Positions 14,370 through 41,353 of a stretch of DNA of 64,000 nt are shown here, one piece after another. Within the stretch, counting starts at the first letter, position 1, and each line of letters begins with the position of its first letter. The notes under the pieces are model-generated. The model ran no database searches. It was not told where the DNA came from and saw only the letters and a program-made list of their open reading frames with translations. The position numbers were made by a program, and so were the translations under genes. Source of the DNA: Blastocystis sp. Blastoise (Eukaryota; Protista; Bigyra: Opalinata); NCBI GenBank assembly GCA_039096225.1, contig JBBPEB010000013.1, positions 124,001 through 188,000 on the forward strand. The letters are read 5' to 3'.

Positions 14370-15332
14370 AAAGAAAAATCTATATTGTTTACTATAATAT
14401 TTAATTTTTGTTTTTGAAATACCTATTGATTATTCTCTTGTTTATTTATAATTTAATAAATTTGTAATCTATACTCTTGATTCATTTTTGTTCCTATTCT
14501 TTATGTTCTTTTTGTTTTGAATTCTTTTTTTCTTGAAATCTCTTGTTTTGTTTGCACTTGATTCAACTATTAATCGTCTATAGTCAATGATATTTCAATT
14601 TCTATTGTCATATAATAAAAAAAAGACTTTAATTGTAAAAATGTTTTTCTTTATTTGATATTAATATCTGCAATTTTTAATATAACATTCTATACAAGTT
14701 TCTACTCTCAATAACATATATAAATTTAAAAAAATCTTCCCATAATTCATAAAAAAAAATTTAAAAAGGGAATAAAAATAATAAAAATAATTTATATATA
14801 GTTACCATCCTATGAATGACAACTTTTCATGAATTCATTTTAAAAGTAAGCAAGTTATGAAACCCTTAATACAATTATAAGATGGTAATAGATTCATAAT
14901 AGAAAAACATAAAGTATCTATGTGACTTCATTCACTTTATAACTTTCGTTTAGAATAATATATACCCTATTGACTTTTTTCACTGTTTAAAACTGACAAA
15001 AAAAACACAAAGAAAATAAAAACTAAAGAAAAGAGAGTGTATAGGAATTTTCTAAAGAATGTCTGACGCAGGTGCCCTAATTAGGAGTTTTATAAAACTG
15101 GAGAGAATAATCCAATGTTTCGGGTATTTTTTTGTGTTTTTTGAAATAAGCCAATAGTTATTTTCTCTTTTATTAATGGAAAAAGCATAGTAGACATGAC
15201 TTTTTCTTTTCTGTACTGTCTTTTATTTTTCATAGAATAACCACGATTCTATCGACCTATTTTTGACATGACTTGATAAACTATGTTCTTTATTCTTTAT
15301 TAATTCCTTTTAACGATATATTTGTGCTTACC

Positions 15333-17133
15333 ATGTCTCTTTTTGATACTTACATTTCGTATGTGTTATATGATCTCTGCATCACTTATTTAACTATAGT
15401 AATGTTCCTATGGGACACTATACAAATGATTCAGGTTATCTTCAAGAAGGATCAAATTCTTTTTCTTATTCCATGCCTAGTCAGCAACAACAATTACGAA
15501 AACAAAAGTTTTCTCTCAAGTCTGGCAAAGAAAATCAAGGTGTGTTTTTTTTTTCTAAATCACTTAATTTTTAACTATTTATTTCTATTTCTGATTATTT
15601 GAATGCAATAACTATATCAAACATTCTTATTCATTCATTATTATAGGAAGATGGACAAAAGAAGAACATGAGCTCTTTTTAAAAGGATTAGAGAAATATG
15701 GTAAAGACTGGAAGAAGATTGCTGGATGTGTATGTGAATTATTGTAGAATATTTATTTAAAAATCTATAACTTTATGATAGACGCTAATAATATCATTTT
15801 ATAGATCGAGTCAAGAACCATTGTTCAGGTTCGTACACATGCTCAGAAATATCTTCAGAAATTAGATAGTGCTAAAGTATGTGTTTATGTGTTAGTTTAT
15901 CCGAGTTTTTTTAATTATTTTTTTATTATTATATTTTAAATATTTTATGTTTATTATTATTTTTATTCTTATTTTTTATTCTTATTTTTTATTATTATTT
16001 TTTATTCTTATTTTTTAATATAATATTTTCAAAATTATTTTTTAATGTTCTATTTTTATTATACTTTTAATATAATTCGTTTCTATTCTATGTATATACT
16101 ATAGAAAGAAGAGTTATTAGGGAATAAAATAAATGCAGATCGTGCTTCTTATGATTCACCGACTACATTTGAAGGTCTTCAAAGTCGTTCTGAAGCTATT
16201 CCTTCTTTATCTCGTTCTTATTCTGTAGATGCTTCACGAGAATTATATAAATCAGCAACATCAACATTTCCTTATCGATATGAAGCTAGTTCCGATATGC
16301 CACGTAGTTTAAGCCCCTCTTTATCGTTTCATGAGACTAGTTCACCTTATTTAAATACATTTATGAATACTACTACAAATAATAATAATAATAATAATAT
16401 TAGCAATAATATAGATAATAATAATATAGATAATAATATGAATAATAATACTACTATAGATAATAATATGAATAATAATAATATAGATAATAATATACCT
16501 ATGGATGTAATAAATGATAATAATTCTATTCATAATAACAGCAACAGTTTCTTTTCTGGTGTCAATTCTTCATTCTTAGATCATACTGCTACTAATGATA
16601 CTCATGATTATTTAACACAAAACCGCTTTTCTGATGGAGAATATGAAAACAGATATATAGGTGATATTATATATTATATATTATTCTTATTATTAAAATT
16701 TATTATATATTGTATATTATTCTTATTATTAAAATTTATTATATATTATATATTATTCTTATTATTAAAATTTATTATATATTATATATTATTCTTATTA
16801 TTAAAATTTATTATATATTATATATTATTCTTATTATTATTTATATAGAGAAGAGGCTTCTGCTTCTGAAACATTATGTTCACTTCTTTCAGAATGTGGA
16901 AGAGATGTATATATTTATATATATATATATAATAAACATAATTATAATAAACATAATAATAATAAACATAATAATTATAATAAACATAATAATAATAGAT
17001 ATAATAATAATAAACATAATAATAACACTTGCATTTCTAGTTTATGACATGTGAAGAATATTATTATAAGCGTCGTCGTTCCTCTGTATATGAAGAAGAT
17101 ATGCCTGATTGCTTTCAAATCAATGATTCTTAA
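15333..17133 (+). CDS. SHAQKYF-class single-repeat MYB transcription factor; 6 introns
   Basis: Spliced exons give GRWTKEEHELFLKGLEKYGKDWKKIAGCIESRTIVQVRTHAQKYLQKL, followed by a Ser/Asn-rich region. Start inferred from ATG 15333 with donor GTATGT at 15359 in correct phase. Confidence 0.88.
16665..16838 (+). repeat. Intronic 39-bp minisatellite, about 4.5 copies
   Basis: ATTATATATTATATATTATTCTTATTATTAAAATTT-type unit; appears as a 13-aa repeat in the ORF track. Confidence 0.9.
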
Positions 17134-18779
17134 AAAGTAATCATTATTTTCTTTATCTTCTGTTTATTCTAGGCTTTTTAACATTATTTAAAATCTTTAT
17201 TTTCATATAAAACTATCATCCCTCTTGTACTATTATTGACTTATATTTATACACTTTTATCCTAGGCATAAGGATTAATTATATATATATATATATATAA
17301 TTTTGATTTAGTTGTCTATTCTTATATATGTATACAATTTATTTGTAATTTACACTTTATATTATTTATATATATATATATTTCATTTTATTGTAGCTTT
17401 TCACTATTTCATATCTCTTACGATCATTTTATATTCATAAGAATATTTATATTTTCATGTTACTATATTGATTTATTACATATTATTATTCTTTATGAAT
17501 ATAACATATTTTTTTTTTAATGTTTTTTAAAACAATTAATATCCATCTTTTTGCTATTTTTAAACTATTATATAGCCATTCTATATTTTATTTTATTATA
17601 TCTCTTCATTCATTTATATATCTATATATGTAATTTTTTTTTTGTAATATTCTTATTTATATACATATATAATTCACTTGACTATTTATTTTTTTACATT
17701 AATGTTTCATTGTATATTATTTTCTTTTCAATTATTTTCTTTTCAATATCATACTGTTTATTCATTGTATATTAATTGTTTGTTGTTTTTTTTTTGTATG
17801 TATTTTTGTTCTTGAATATATTCAATTTTATTAATATATAGTATTTATTTCTTCCTTTTACACATATAAGTCTATTCTTTTTATTAATATTTCCTTTTCT
17901 AAATATATAATATATATTTACATATATGCTTTTATTATACTCTTATATCAATAAATCTTTATTTTGTTTCTATTATTTTACATTCATTTTCTAGTTTTTC
18001 AATATTTGTAGTTGTTTTTTTTTATTATTTTATTTATTATCATCTATATATAATATAATATATAATGATTTCACTTCATGTATTCATAAATACCCTCAAA
18101 AAAATAACAAATCATTGACTCAACTTAATGTGTATGTTTTGACAATTTTATTATGTTTTATTTATATAATTTATATTAAAGATTCTCTACGATATGTCTA
18201 TTTGTATTCTCTTCTTCATTTGTATAGTTATCATATATATATATTCTTTATTATAATCTCTATCTTTCATAACAATTGAAATACCTCTTGTCTTGTTCAT
18301 ATTTCACTTTTTTTTTCTTTTTATTGCAAAAATAGCATTCATATTTGTATTTTATTCTATTCTCATTAGTTCTCTTATAATCTTAGTTTATTCGTTTTGT
18401 TTTTTTTACTTTAACTTTTTGATCTTTCGAATTTATTTTATCTATAACATTTTATTTTTCAAATATTCAAATAAAGTAGCAAAATAACAGCTAATCTAGA
18501 CATTTCAATGCAGTTATTATTCGTAAAGGAATCAGAATTCAAAGGCTTTTAGTCAATCATCATAAAATATTGTCGACTTTAGAATCTCACCAGCATGAAA
18601 ACCACTATAAGTATGTATTAAAGTAATTATCACGAATTATTGACTGGTTACTATAAACAAAAAGAAAAAAAAATTAAAAAAAATTTTTAATGAAAAATGT
18701 TTCCGTGATTATTAACATATTTTGAATTAATCATAAAAGAACATTATAAAACGATTTATTTTATAAAAATAATTCAATA

Positions 18780-22084
<3,305 letters not shown>

Positions 22085-22858
22085 ATATATATATATATAT
22101 ATATTATAAGAACCCTATATACATGTCTATATATATTGTAAAACTCATTTTTTAATGTTTTATTTACTGTTTTTTTTTGTGTTAGTATTCTATATTGAAC
22201 TTTATTTGCTTTTATTTGTTTTATTAGATATAAGAATACCGTTTTGTATATTCATAAAAAGATCTTTAAAACAATACTTAAAATCCATATATATATATAT
22301 CAATGAGTATTATTTTTTTCATAATATGGAGATTTAGTATAATTATTTTCAATAGGATCTACTATTTATAATATACTTATTATTAGTATTGAATTCCTTT
22401 GCATATACATAAACCAATTATCTTTTTAGTGCATGATAAGCATAAAAACAACAACAAAAATTAAATATAAAATAAAAACAATAAATATATTCCCTAAACA
22501 TTTATATTTGACAGAGTGTAACAGTAAATAAATAAAAATATATATATCTAATAATAGTTAAAGAAAACTTTTAATTAATATAAATTATTTACAAAAAATA
22601 AAATAAACAAAACATAAAATAGTTAAACGAAAATTAGATATATATTATAATTAATAGAAATGGAAATAAACAATAATATAACAACAACAAATAGAAAGAA
22701 AAAAGTTCAAAATTCAAAATCAAGATGAAAGACATATAAATATAGAGATATAAAAATATAAAATATTGTTTTTATATATAAAATTATATTCGATGTGAAC
22801 AAAAAATATTTAGAATATATAAATATATAAATAATGACAACTAGTATATGAGAATAAA

Positions 22859-32687
<9,829 letters not shown>

Positions 32688-34107
32688 TCTTCTATAGAAG
32701 AAATATATAATATATTGAATTTTACAAAAAATAAAACAGAAGATTCGAAATAAAAATGATAAAATTCATTCATTCAAAGAAATATATGCTTATATAATGA
32801 AATCATCGTGCAGATAATACATTTTAATACTTAAATATACATTAAGAAATATACTTTTGTAGAATTAACAAAGTTTTTAAAAATGTATCTTATATAGAAA
32901 AGGTACAGTACTATTAACAATTAATATGCAAATGTATTTACAACTATTAATAAAATAGTATGATCACTTGTATAAGAATTGAGTTGATGAAGGAAATTCA
33001 CTTTTTAAATAAGAATTGTATAATAGCGACACAGAGACGAATTTCATGATTATATCATGTTAGTAGCCCTAAATATAATTTTAATCACGATTTATATTGA
33101 CAATTCAAATTCATTTTTTTCTTGGGTTGTTATCTTCAAACCACACATTCTTGATTCATTATTATTTCTTCTTTTTATTATTTATATCTGTCAATGCTCT
33201 ATTAAATTATTTTAAATAGTATAATTGAAGATATATACTAAATTACACTTTTTTTATTTATTTCCTTTTTATGAAAATGCTGTTTAACTTGTTTATTATC
33301 ATAAGTGAATGACTTTTTATCAATTAAAACATCTTTAATACATTTTATTTTGCTTCCATTGTTGTAATTTTTTTTTTTTCGGTTGTAAAATAATTGTTTT
33401 TTAAGTGAAACTTTTTTTTTATTATTATTCAAAACTTATACAATTGAAAAGTATAGATGTCGATAAGGGATCGTTGACTAATTGATCAATTTCACTGGAA
33501 TCAACACTCTGTTTAAATCATTTTTTTGAATAGTCAATATAAATAAAGAAAATATATTTCATCTAAATAGTTTATTTTATGATTCATCCATTAATATCTC
33601 TAATAATCGACAATATTTTTTATTCTCTTTATTATATTCTTTTAAATAATATTCTAATATTAAAGGATATAAATAAGCAACGAAATATACTTAGAAAAGC
33701 AAAGAAACGAATTTAATTTAATTTATAGATAATTTAAAAATTAAAGGGAAAGTAAGAAAAGCTATTAAAAAAAAACATCGATACTAAAATGAAAAAGAAA
33801 GAATGTTAATTTTATGTTTTGAAAATCAACAGATTAATAGTAAACATTAAAAATATGTAACAAGAAAAAAAAATAAATCGTTAAATAAAAAAAAACGAAA
33901 AATAATGATATACAGTAGCATCTAAAATATAAAGTAGATTGCAAAAGATAAAACAAAAATTGTAAAAATTAAAATTAAATTAAGAATCAAAAAAAAAAAT
34001 AACAATAAAATAAAAATATAAAAATAAAAAAAAAAAAAGAAAATTGAAAATAAAAAAATGATAATATAAATTATAAAAAAAGAAGATTATTTAAAATATA
34101 TATAATA

Positions 34108-37100
34108 TTATACTTCTTCTTCTTCTTCTTCTTCTAAATCAGAAGAATGTCTAGAGACAGTACTTTTTCTTCCTAAATCATGTCTTTCTAGACTGCTTCG
34201 ACTTCGAGTTCTTCCATTCAAATCAAAACTATATTTTCTATTACTATATTGTTTACGTTCGAAAGATGTTTGTTTCTTAAAGAATTTCAGTCTCTTTCGA
34301 CGATAATGAAGTAAGATATAATAAATAATAACAATAAGAATCAATACAGCTAAACTACAGCAAATAACAGTAATCGTTATATTTTGAGAAGTCCAGAATG
34401 TATATAAAGTAATAGAAATCTGTGTTGCCTCGACATATGAAGTTATCTATATATATATATATATATAGAATAAGTTTCATGATTATGAAAGACATATAAG
34501 GTATAAAATAGAATAAATAGAATAATAAAATAAATATATAAAAATATACTTTCTTAAAGAATTCATCAAGTTCAATTAATTTAGTAATAATAGTTTGATC
34601 ATTAATATTTGTTGTTAATAATGAAATTAACGCCGGAATATCATCTTCTAATACTTTAATACGTAAATAAACTTTAGCTGTATCATATTTATATAGAGAA
34701 TCACTTTCAAAATTAACATGATTCACTAAAATTTCATAATCATTAATAAATGAATTAAATAATATATCCAAAAAGACTTGCTTTATATAAACCTCATGCT
34801 TGGCCTCAAATGTCATATAAGGAATATTTGATAACTATATTAATAATAATAATAATAATATATTTATATTTATTTATTTATAATAATTATAAAAAAAAAA
34901 TAATATAAAAATAATATAATAAAAAATATTCAAATAAAAAAATATATATAATAAAAAATAACATAATATAAAAATAAAAAATAACATAATAAAAACTAAA
35001 AAATAACATAATAAAAATTAAAAAATAACATAATAAAAACTAAAAAATAACATAATTAAAATTAAAAAATAAAATAATAAAAATAAAACAATAATCCTAT
35101 ATACTTGAAAAGGAATAAAAACAAATGAATACGAAGAAGGAGGGATTTCATTTTCTAAGACAATTATACATTCATTATAATTAACAGTATCCCAAACACC
35201 TTCTTGTTCTGGATTATTATCTAATAAACAAGCGCGGTATTGAACACCTTTTTTACCGCCAATACAATTCTTATAGATAATTTGACCTTTTTCAGCTTGT
35301 GGCCAATCGGATGTTTGTGGACAACCAATAATATTCACGGTTATTAACAAATCAACTGAGTTACTAAATGCATCTTTATTATAACCAGTAACAGTATATA
35401 CAGTTTGAATTCTTTTTTCTGTAGGAATACCATATATATATCCTTTTGTTTTATGAATAGTTAATCCATCAGGAAGAGAAGGAACAATTCGAAATTCAGT
35501 TATATATCCATCATAAGTAGGATTATTTGTTTCAAAAGCTTGACCTTTAATAAATATATAATTTGTTAATTCATATGTTAAATTACGTGGAGATCTTAAA
35601 ACACATGTATTTATTTCATATTCCCATTGTGCTGGAATACTATTTCCACATTGCCTACTTCGTATACCTATATATTCACTTGAATCACATGGAATATTTG
35701 CAGTTTGCCCTTTTTCTGTAGTTGGCCATATATCATCTCCTTCACAATAAGATATTTCTGTTATTATAGTAATTAAAAATGAATTAGATCCTCTTTTATT
35801 TTCAGCAGTAACTATATATTCTGAAGGTAAATATTGTTGTCTTAAAGATCCAGATATACTACCACTAGTAACAGAAAAGAATAATCCATCCATTATATGT
35901 GGATATATACTCCATGAATCTATAATACCAATAAATGAAGGAATAAAAGATACTACATCATTATTTATATAAAATGTAATATTATTATTCATTAAATTTG
36001 TATTATAATAAATAGAAGAAGGTAATTTTAATTGACATGTAGAAGTAATAGTAGACCATGCAGAAGTAGGTGGATTTCCAGGTATATAAAGACATTCACG
36101 AGATAAATAACCTTCATAATTTGTTGTATCAGGACAAGGAATAGTGACTGTTTTACTATGTTCACTTTCGGTCCAAGGATATAAGGAACTACATTTTAAA
36201 TTAGTAATTAATATAGTAATTTGTATAGTACTTGAAGAGTCTATATTAGAAGCAGTAATAGTATATAAACTATTACTATCATAATTTTGTTTAGGAGTAC
36301 CATATAAAATACCATTTACAGTATTTAAAGCTAATCCATTAGGAAGATCAGGTGATATAGAAAATGTATTAATAAGGCCTATATAGGTAGGTGGTGATGA
36401 TTCTTGATATATATTCTTATAAAAATAAAATATAGATGAAGAATATGTTATATTTGTAGGAGGTAAATATTGACAAGGAATTGGAATACTATCCCATGTT
36501 GGAAGATGTAATGAATTATAATTACAATAAAGTTTTTGCGTTCCATATTGAATTGAAGGATATTCACATGGTAATTCTGCATAATATCCTACTTCAGTTT
36601 CTATCCAATCATCTTTCGTAGCACATGTTTCTGTATAACAAACAAATCCAATCGTTATAGTTGTAGATTGAGTTTCTGTAGGATTATATACAGTAATTTT
36701 ATATTCTGTATAAGGTATATATAGAAGAGGAGATCCCATAATATGTCCATTCGATTCATCAAAACTAAATCCATCAGGTAATTCAGGATTAATTGTCCAA
36801 AATAATGCAGTACCTTTATATTTAGGTATAAATTCATATTTAATATCTTTATATAATTTAGTAGGAATACTATAACTTATATCATAAGGTGCTTTTAATG
36901 TACAATTAACAATAGGTAATTTCCATTGGCCAATTAAATTATTCTCATTAATTAAAGATATATAATGATTATTAATAATATAAATTTCTTCATAATTAAT
37001 TTGATTATCTACTTGTATAGACATAAATAAACCACAAGGTAAATTAACAGATCCATCATATAATTCATTATTAGGATCTTTATTATCACATATATGTATA

Positions 37101-38704
37101 CTTTGATCATTTACAGATACTTCATTCCATTCTCCCATTGTAGGACATGTAATATATTGAGAACTCATAGAAATCGATATACTTATATATCCTTCAGGAT
37201 TTGAAGCTATAATTGTTCCTTCATATAAAGGAAATAAAGTAGATACATTTCCTTTTATACATCCATCTTCTTCAAAATATAATCCATCAGGTAAAGAAGG
37301 TATAGCTTTCCATTCAGTAATAATACCTTCGATTTCTAAAGGACAAATAAGAATACTCATATTTATAATAATTATAATAGGATGAGGATATTTTAATGTT
37401 GTAGGTTTCATATATAAATCAAAAGAAGTATCAGGAGTTGAGAAATAATATGTTTTTGATAAATAAGTAAAATGAAAAGGAACAAATGAAATAAGAGTAT
37501 CTGAAGGAGGTAAAGAAGGTAATAAACATTGAAAATCTTGAGAATCATGAGATAATGAGAATGTTTGTGATAGTTGTGTATACACTTGAAATGTTTTAGA
37601 ATATTGAAATATAGGTCTAATATTTAAGAGAACTACAGAATCAGAGAAAGAAAATGAATAAATTGTACCATTTAATTTAGTATCAAATAGATCCTTATAA
37701 AGAAACACAAAAGAGGGTGCAAAAGTAGCTGAAGGTGATAATAAAGGTAAATAAATAATACCATAATTTGTATTAAATGTAATAGCAAAAGATTCTGATA
37801 ATGTTCCAGAGAAATCAATAAATAAATAATCATATTCTGTTTGAAAGGTAATAGGGAAAAAGAAAATAGTACCTGCTTCTACATATTGAGTAGAGAGTAA
37901 TCCAGGTTGAGTATAATGAGTAGAAGTAATAAAAGTAGGGATCATATAAAAAGAATTGATATTAATTTCATGAAAAGCGACTCGAGGTGTATTTATATAT
38001 TGACGTATATGAATAGTTGTAGAAGCCAAAACTTCTTGTGTATTACGATTTATTTTCTGTAAATAAATTTCATATAATCCTGACAGTAATTCACCTGAAA
38101 ACATATAGAAATGATAACGTAATTTAAGTTCTTGAATGGATCCATAATTATCACGAATTACATAAGCTTCTGAATCAGAAGGAGTTTCATATAATAATAC
38201 TAAACTACCATTAATATAAGATTGATATGTTTCTGAAGTAGAATCATATAAATAAAGATTTGAATCTCCAAAAAATAAAGAAAATCCATCATCACTATTC
38301 ATATGAGATACATCTAAAATAATATGATAAATAGATATTTGAGTTTCAAATTGAAGATGAGAATCACCTGAAGTAGACTGAAATAACGTATAATTTGTAG
38401 CACATTGAATTTCAGCAGACCCATCACATTCTCTAGGAGATATCAAAGCCCAATAGGAATTGATATCTGCTACATTATTTATAAATGTATTATAAACATA
38501 ACAATGATATATATAATCAAAATTCGTTCCATTATATTTCACAAAAACTAATCCACAGTTATATAATGATGGAGAATATTGAAGACGAAAGTGAAGATCT
38601 GGATCTAAAAAGCCTAAATAAGTATCCTCACCAACACTAACCTCAATTGAATATCCGACTGATGCCATGAGCAGGATAAAAAGTATTTGCAATAGATATT
38701 TCAT
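34108..38704 (-). CDS. Type I membrane protein: signal peptide, five Ig-like (He_PIG/cadherin-like) modules alternating with five Cys/Trp HRM-like modules, TM helix, basic/Ser-rich tail
   Basis: Hydrophobic N-terminus MKYLLQILFILLMASVGYS; repeats of P.LPDGL...G.I.G.P and C.....W.......A...C......G...R.C......W......C. Two GT-AG introns lead to TM VICCSLAVLILIVIIYYILL then HYRRKR. Confidence 0.85.
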
Positions 38705-39432
38705 GTTCTATCTCAAAATACATATAATACTTTCTATAAACGTTTTATATCTTCTATAATCAATATATATTCATACAAAAATAAATAAATATTCGACTTG
38801 AATAAGAGATTAATTAAAGATAATTATAAATTAGAACTTGATAATAATTTCAAAAAAACAATTATAAACGCATCTATTTGTATGTATTATTAATTATATA
38901 TTTGATTTTTCATGAAAAATTAAGAGAGTATAGTAGAGATAATCATTATAATCGTAATTATATTTCAAAATTTTTTATTTTTTTCATTGGATTGAAAAGA
39001 ATGGGAATTTTCTAAAAATGAACTTATATTTGTATATAATCATGAATCTCAATCTCGTTTTTCATTTTTTATATTTTTGAATTGCGTTTTTTATTTTAAA
39101 GGATTATTGAATAGTTATTTGATTTGTATTAATGATATTACATAGATTACTGGCATATCAAGTTGTATTAAATATTTTTTTTGTAAAATTGTTGTGATAA
39201 CAATTAGATGAATTGTATTCAAGATATTGTATAAAATACAAGAACTTAATCAAGTTATTATCACTCAATTATATTCAGTTTTAAGGACTTTTTGAAATTG
39301 AAAATGAACTTGATAATAATATTGAGTTGTCGTTATAAGATATTCTGAACTTTCATATAATGATTATGATAAAAAATGAAAAAAAATTAGAGAAAATAAA
39401 TATAAAAATAATAATAATATAAAATTATGTTT

Positions 39433-40732
39433 TTAATCGTTTGTTTCATCATCAGAATTGTTCTTTTTCCTTTGTTTAGCTCTTTCATCTTCAGGATTTA
39501 GTTCAGCTAAATCACAAATTGGAGAATAATGAAGATCTATATAAAAATAAATATGTATTTAGATAAATAGTCAAAACTGTTATTTCAATAGAAATAAAGA
39601 AATTTATGATATAACTTTGTTTTAATATCGACTTTATACCTTGAATAGGATATTTAAAGTTTGGACCTGTATTTAAAGTGACTACAGATTGCATATATAA
39701 TGATATCGTAGCATAATAATTGCCTATACAAATTGTATAATGAAAAAAAAATATATATATATATATATCATTGAATAATCATAATAAGACTAATAATATT
39801 TATAGAATACCTTCATAAATATCTTTAAAGGCAATTCCTTGGTCTTCTCCATTAATATAAAAATGTATAGTAGAGTCCTTTATGATTTTTGGTACTTTTT
39901 TTGTTGTTTCTTCTGTAGTTTCTATAACTGGAACTACTTGTAATGGGATTGTAGGAGTATATATCTGATGTTTATCTATATAAATAGTATATTCATATTA
40001 TTCATAATGAAAATAAAACATAGTTAACCATAAATAATAATAAAATATTTTATAATGAAATAAAAAACATACTTAACCATAAATAATAATAAATATTATT
40101 ATATATATGAAAATGAAACATAGAAACATACCTTTTTCATTACTTCCTGGAATTGAAATAAGCATCCCTATAACATCACCTACTCCTATAATAATAATAA
40201 TAATATATATAATAGAATCATTATTCATGTAATAAAATAATTCTAAGAATCATTAGAAAAATAATCTACTATAAAAAGAGTATTCAATATATATACCAAA
40301 AGAATGACCATAAACTTTTCGTTTTCCATCATTCACTGCAGACCCATCAACATCACGAAATCCATAACTTATATTCTCATATCCTACAGGAGTATCTACA
40401 TTACATTCTAATGTTTCCCAACCAACTCTATATAAAACATTTATTATATAAATATATATATATACCGAACATGTGCTTTTTCATTCTTAGAAGGCAAAAT
40501 CTCACATTCACAAAACCAAGTACCTTCTGTAATTTTATGTGTTATTCGAATAGATCTATATCCTTGATCTCCAATAACACGCAAACCATCTGAACTAACT
40601 ATTAAGTTATCTCCCATAGATTTTTCATCAGAATTGAGTAACACCTGATATTGGGCTCTCTATATTTATTAAATTTTTTATGTGTATTGTAAATTACATA
40701 TCAAGTACCTTTGAAAAACTACGTTTTGGCAT
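39433..40732 (-). CDS. ASH2L/Bre2-like SPRY-domain protein (COMPASS subunit candidate), SPRY only; 6 introns
   Basis: GYRSIRITHKITEGTWFCECEI, AHVRVGW, TPVGYENISYGFRDVDGS, GVGDVIGMLI, FYINGEDQGIAFKDIYEGNYYATISLY, LNTGPNFKYP match the ASH2-type SPRY pattern. Confidence 0.82.
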
Positions 40733-41353
40733 TTACTTAATAGAAGAAAATTGAATTATTTAAAAAATATTTTTTGAAAAATTATTCATTTAATCATGTT
40801 TAATTAGTTAATTTCCCTTATATTCTGTTTTTTCCCAATTCTCTACAATAACTATTTTTCTTTTTTGGAAGTAATTATGAATTTAAAAAAAATTAATTAA
40901 TTAAAAAATAGATTAATCGAGTATATTAGATGCTATTAATGAGTTTTTGAAGTTCGGATATGATACAATATTTTTTTTTTCTTAGTTTGTATTTTATATA
41001 TATTGCATGAATTAGTTTTTATCATTCAGATAATGACCGTGATTTCAAAAGAATAATTCATTGTGTAAGAATTGATAAAGATATGTAATCACTAGATAAT
41101 TATATCTTTGAATAAATGATGTTTTAATTGTTTTATACAATTTATATTGTGAATAAAAGAAACCAAAAATGATTTTATGTATATTTGGCATTTGTTGAAT
41201 TAATGATAAAAATATCATTAATTGCATATTTTTAAGAATTCATATGTAGATATATTCAATGATTTTATTAACTAAACTTCTGATCAACTAAATACTGTTT
41301 AGTATAAAAACATAGAAAACAAAGAAAACTGTTTATATATTTATATATATATA

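Noticed and set aside
18490-18610. Box C-like ATGATGA and CTGA on the minus strand as a snoRNA
   Set aside because: No terminal D box or stem, and no recognisable rRNA guide.
33020-33515. GC-richer intergenic patches, including an ACAGAGA, as U6 or other ncRNA
   Set aside because: No flanking U6 sequence or convincing fold by eye; an Rfam search would be needed.
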